Part shown: positions 60,886 through 64,000 of the stretch, in pieces | Layout of the letters: each line of letters starts with the position of its first letter | How positions within the stretch are numbered: the first letter of the stretch is position 1 | Assembly (NCBI RefSeq): GCF_028641065.1 | Contig: NC_073405.1 | Span: forward strand, 3,410,001-3,474,000 | Source: Leucoraja erinacea | Lineage: Eukaryota | DNA: 64,000 nucleotides | Direction: 5' to 3' | Made by a program: the position numbers and the translations under genes | Notes under the pieces: generated by a model | Seen by the model: only the letters and a program-made list of their open reading frames with translations | Told to the model about the DNA's origin: nothing | Database searches by the model: none

Positions 60886-63800
60886 GTGAGGAGTGAACAA
60901 GTCTGCCTGCAGTAGAACGGCAGAGTGGCGCAGCGGTAGAGTTCAAGTTCAAGTTCAAGTGAGTTCACAGCGCCAGAGACCCGGGTTCCATCCTGACTAT
61001 GGGCGCTGTCTGTACGGAGTTTGCACCTTCTCCCCGTGACCTGCGTGGGTTTTCTCCGGGTGCTCCGGTTTCCCCCCACATTCCAAAGACGTGCTGGCTT
61101 GTAGGTTAAGATAGCACCTGTGGTCAGGATCGAACCTGTGTCTCTGACGCTGTAAGGCAGCAAGCGTCTCTACCGATTTGGCGCTGTGATGTTGTAATGC
61201 TCTTGGCAATATTATGGTGAGTTGGATGCAAGAGGAAGAGATGTCACTGTATATGAATCAGTCACATGGACAATGCCATCCAGGTTAACAAACGGTGAGA
61301 GTCAATAGACATTAGACAATAGGTGCAGGAGTAGGCCATTCGGCCCTTCGAGCCAGCACCGCCATTCAATGTGATCATGGCTGATCATCCCCAACCAGTA
61401 CCCCCGTTCCTGCCTTCTCCCCATATCCCCTGACTCCGCTGTTTAAGAGCCCTATCTAGCTCACTCTTGAAAGCATCCAGGGAACCTGCCTCCACCGCCC
61501 TCTGAGGCAGAGAATTCCACAGACTCACCGCTCTCTGTGAGAAAAACTGTTTCCTCGTCTCCGTTCTAAATGGCTTACTCCTTATTCTTAAACTGTGTGG
61601 CTCCTGGTTCTGGACTCCCCCAACATCGGGAACATGTTTCCTGCCTCTAGCGTGTCCAAGCCCTTAACAATCTTATATGTTTCAATGAGATTCCCCTCAT
61701 CCATCTAAACTCCAGGAGTCAAGGAGACGGTTGTCATGGAAACAGGTCCTTTGGACAACCCCCCCCCCCCCCCCCCACCAAGATGCCAATCCGAGCTAGT
61801 CCCAATTGCTGTGCCAAGCCTACACTCTCTAAACCTTTGCTTCCCACAGACAACAGACAATAGGTGGAGGTGGAGGCCATTCTGCCCTTCGAGCCAGCAC
61901 CGCCATTCAATGTGATCATGGCTGATCATCCCCATACCTGTCCACATGTCCTTTAAATCCTATCATTGTACCCAGCTCTACCACTTCCTCTGGCAGTCTG
62001 AAGAAACATCTCGATCCGAAACGTCGCCCATTCCTTCTCTCCAGAGATGCTGCCTGTACCGCTGAGTTACTCCAGCATTTTGTGTCTATCTGCTAGAGAT
62101 CATGACAGGTGTTCATTCATTGCAGGTATTTCTCTCTTAATAACACGTGTAACAATCTGTTTTTTTTCCAACCTTCATACCTTAGGTTCCTTTCCATATA
62201 TTTCTTTACTCTCTCTCTCTTCCGTCTCCCATCCATTCCCTCTGCACAGCCCAACCTTATTTCCTCTGAAATGCCTCAATTTTCCATTTTCCCAGATTAC
62301 AATTTCCCCTGTTTGACCTCAACTTTCTGTCCCACCCCAGTCTCATATTCAAGCCTTCTCTTTTCACTCCCCAGCTGTGTGAATATTGACTTCTCCAACT
62401 CCAAGTAACCCTTGCTTTCCCCCTCTCTCCATCACTCCCCCTTCTTAGTTCTCCGACCAATCTGACGACTGTCCCGATTAAATTCTTATCTCTGTTTGCT
62501 GCGTTGTCACCTTCTCCCAGCTAACAAGCTGGATCTATTCTACATTTTCCTTGAGCTGCATCTCTTTTGATGTCTCGTTTTCACACCTTACACCTCCTTA
62601 TCTCCTCTGACTGTCTGAAGAAGGGTCTTGACCACAAACGTCACCCATTCCTTCTCTCTAGAGAATGCAGCCAGTCCAGCTGAGTTACTTCGGCATTTTG
62701 TGTCTCTCTTCTCTTTCCAGTCCCCAATGCGGCCTGACCCTTTCTCCCTGTAACTCTGTCTCTTGCCCATCATCTGTGTTTCCCTGCTGGTGTTCAATTG
62801 TTATTTTGCCCTCAAGTTTTGGAAATTTGTCTTAAATCCGTGAGTTTGACACAATTATTTTAATTCTAACTAGCACCGACTGATTCAGGTGAAATTAATT
62901 TTGGATCATAAGATGTAACTATAGGACATTTCAAAAGTCTAAAAAGAACTCGAGTACAATATTCCGCTGGACAGAATTTCCCTAATTCACTAGAAAATAA
63001 ATGTCATTATTATATGTTGTCAAGCTGGAAAGGGCGCAGAGAAGATTTACGAGGATGTTGCCAGGACTTGATCAAGTCTGAGCTGTAGGGAGAGGTTGAG
63101 CAGGCTAGGACTCTATTCCTTGGGGCGCAGGAGGATGAGGCGTGACCTTACAGAGATGTAAAAAATCACGAGAGGAATAGATCGGGTAGAAGCACAGAGT
63201 CTCTTACCCAGAGTAGGGGAATCGAGGATCAGAGGACATAGGTTTAAGGTGAAGAGGAAAAGATTTAGATTAGATTAGGTCCTTTATTTGTCATTCAGAC
63301 CTTTCGGTCTGAACGAAATGTCGTTGCCTGCAGCCATACATATAATAATAAACAACAAAACACACAATAAACACAAATTAACATCCACCACAGTGAGTTC
63401 ACCAGGCACCTCCTCACTGTGATGGAGGCAAAATCTTAACGTTACTGTCCCTTCCTCGTTCTTCCTCTGCGCTGAGGCGATACCCCACCGGGCGATGGTA
63501 GTCAGTCCCGCAGCTCAACCGAGCTCCGCAAACGGGCCGGTTCAAGGCACCAAGTTTAATAGGAATCTGAGAGGTAACATTTTCACACAGAGGGTGGTGG
63601 GTCTATAGACAGAGCTGTTGGAGGAGGTAGTTGAGGCAGTTAGTATTGCAACATTACGATAGGTTAAGAGGGATATGAGCCAAATGCAGGCAGGTGGTTC
63701 TAGTGTAGATGGGACATGTTGGTCAGTGTGGGCAAGTTGGGCCGAAGGGTCTTTCCACACTGTATGACCATGATGTGGAAAATAGAGCATATTCCACCGG

Positions 63801-64000
63801 TTAATGGTGATTAGGTTTCAATGAATCTTTAATAAGGATTTACCTTTAAGAGAAGCAGAATAGTTTATATAATTCAGAACTCAGCAGCAGTCTCATACTG
63901 TTGGGAAAATAGGTAGGGGATTTTCTAGCAGACAGGAAATTAAGTAACTTTAACATTTTGAAGCTAATTGTTCGAGTAAACGCAAATTGGTTAAAATATT

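Overview
Vertebrate genomic DNA, very probably a skate or ray: it is dense in HE1-type tRNA-derived SINEs, CR1/HER1 LINE 3' ends and palindromic Penelope-derived repeats, and has five N-gaps. I reconstructed five spliced genes by hand with phase-consistent exons: ndufa11 (-, 4 exons, 138 aa), a NIM1K-family kinase (-, 3 coding exons, 431 aa), pole4 (+, 4 exons, 130 aa, one GC-AG intron), admp (-, 5 exons, 379 aa) and a CCL25-like chemokine (-, 4 exons, 114 aa). Upstream of admp and on the same strand are decayed exons resembling pinhead (pnhd), its conserved tandem neighbour, broken by frameshifts and nested transposons. The putative first pinhead exon is also duplicated in inverted orientation about 20 kb away, beyond ccl25. 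Other highlights are hammerhead-ribozyme-like cores in the Penelope-derived repeats, an array of about 33 CCAAT boxes directly before pole4, and a perfect 94-bp palindrome inserted next to the last admp splice acceptor. Protein family calls rest on recalled sequences, not on database searches.
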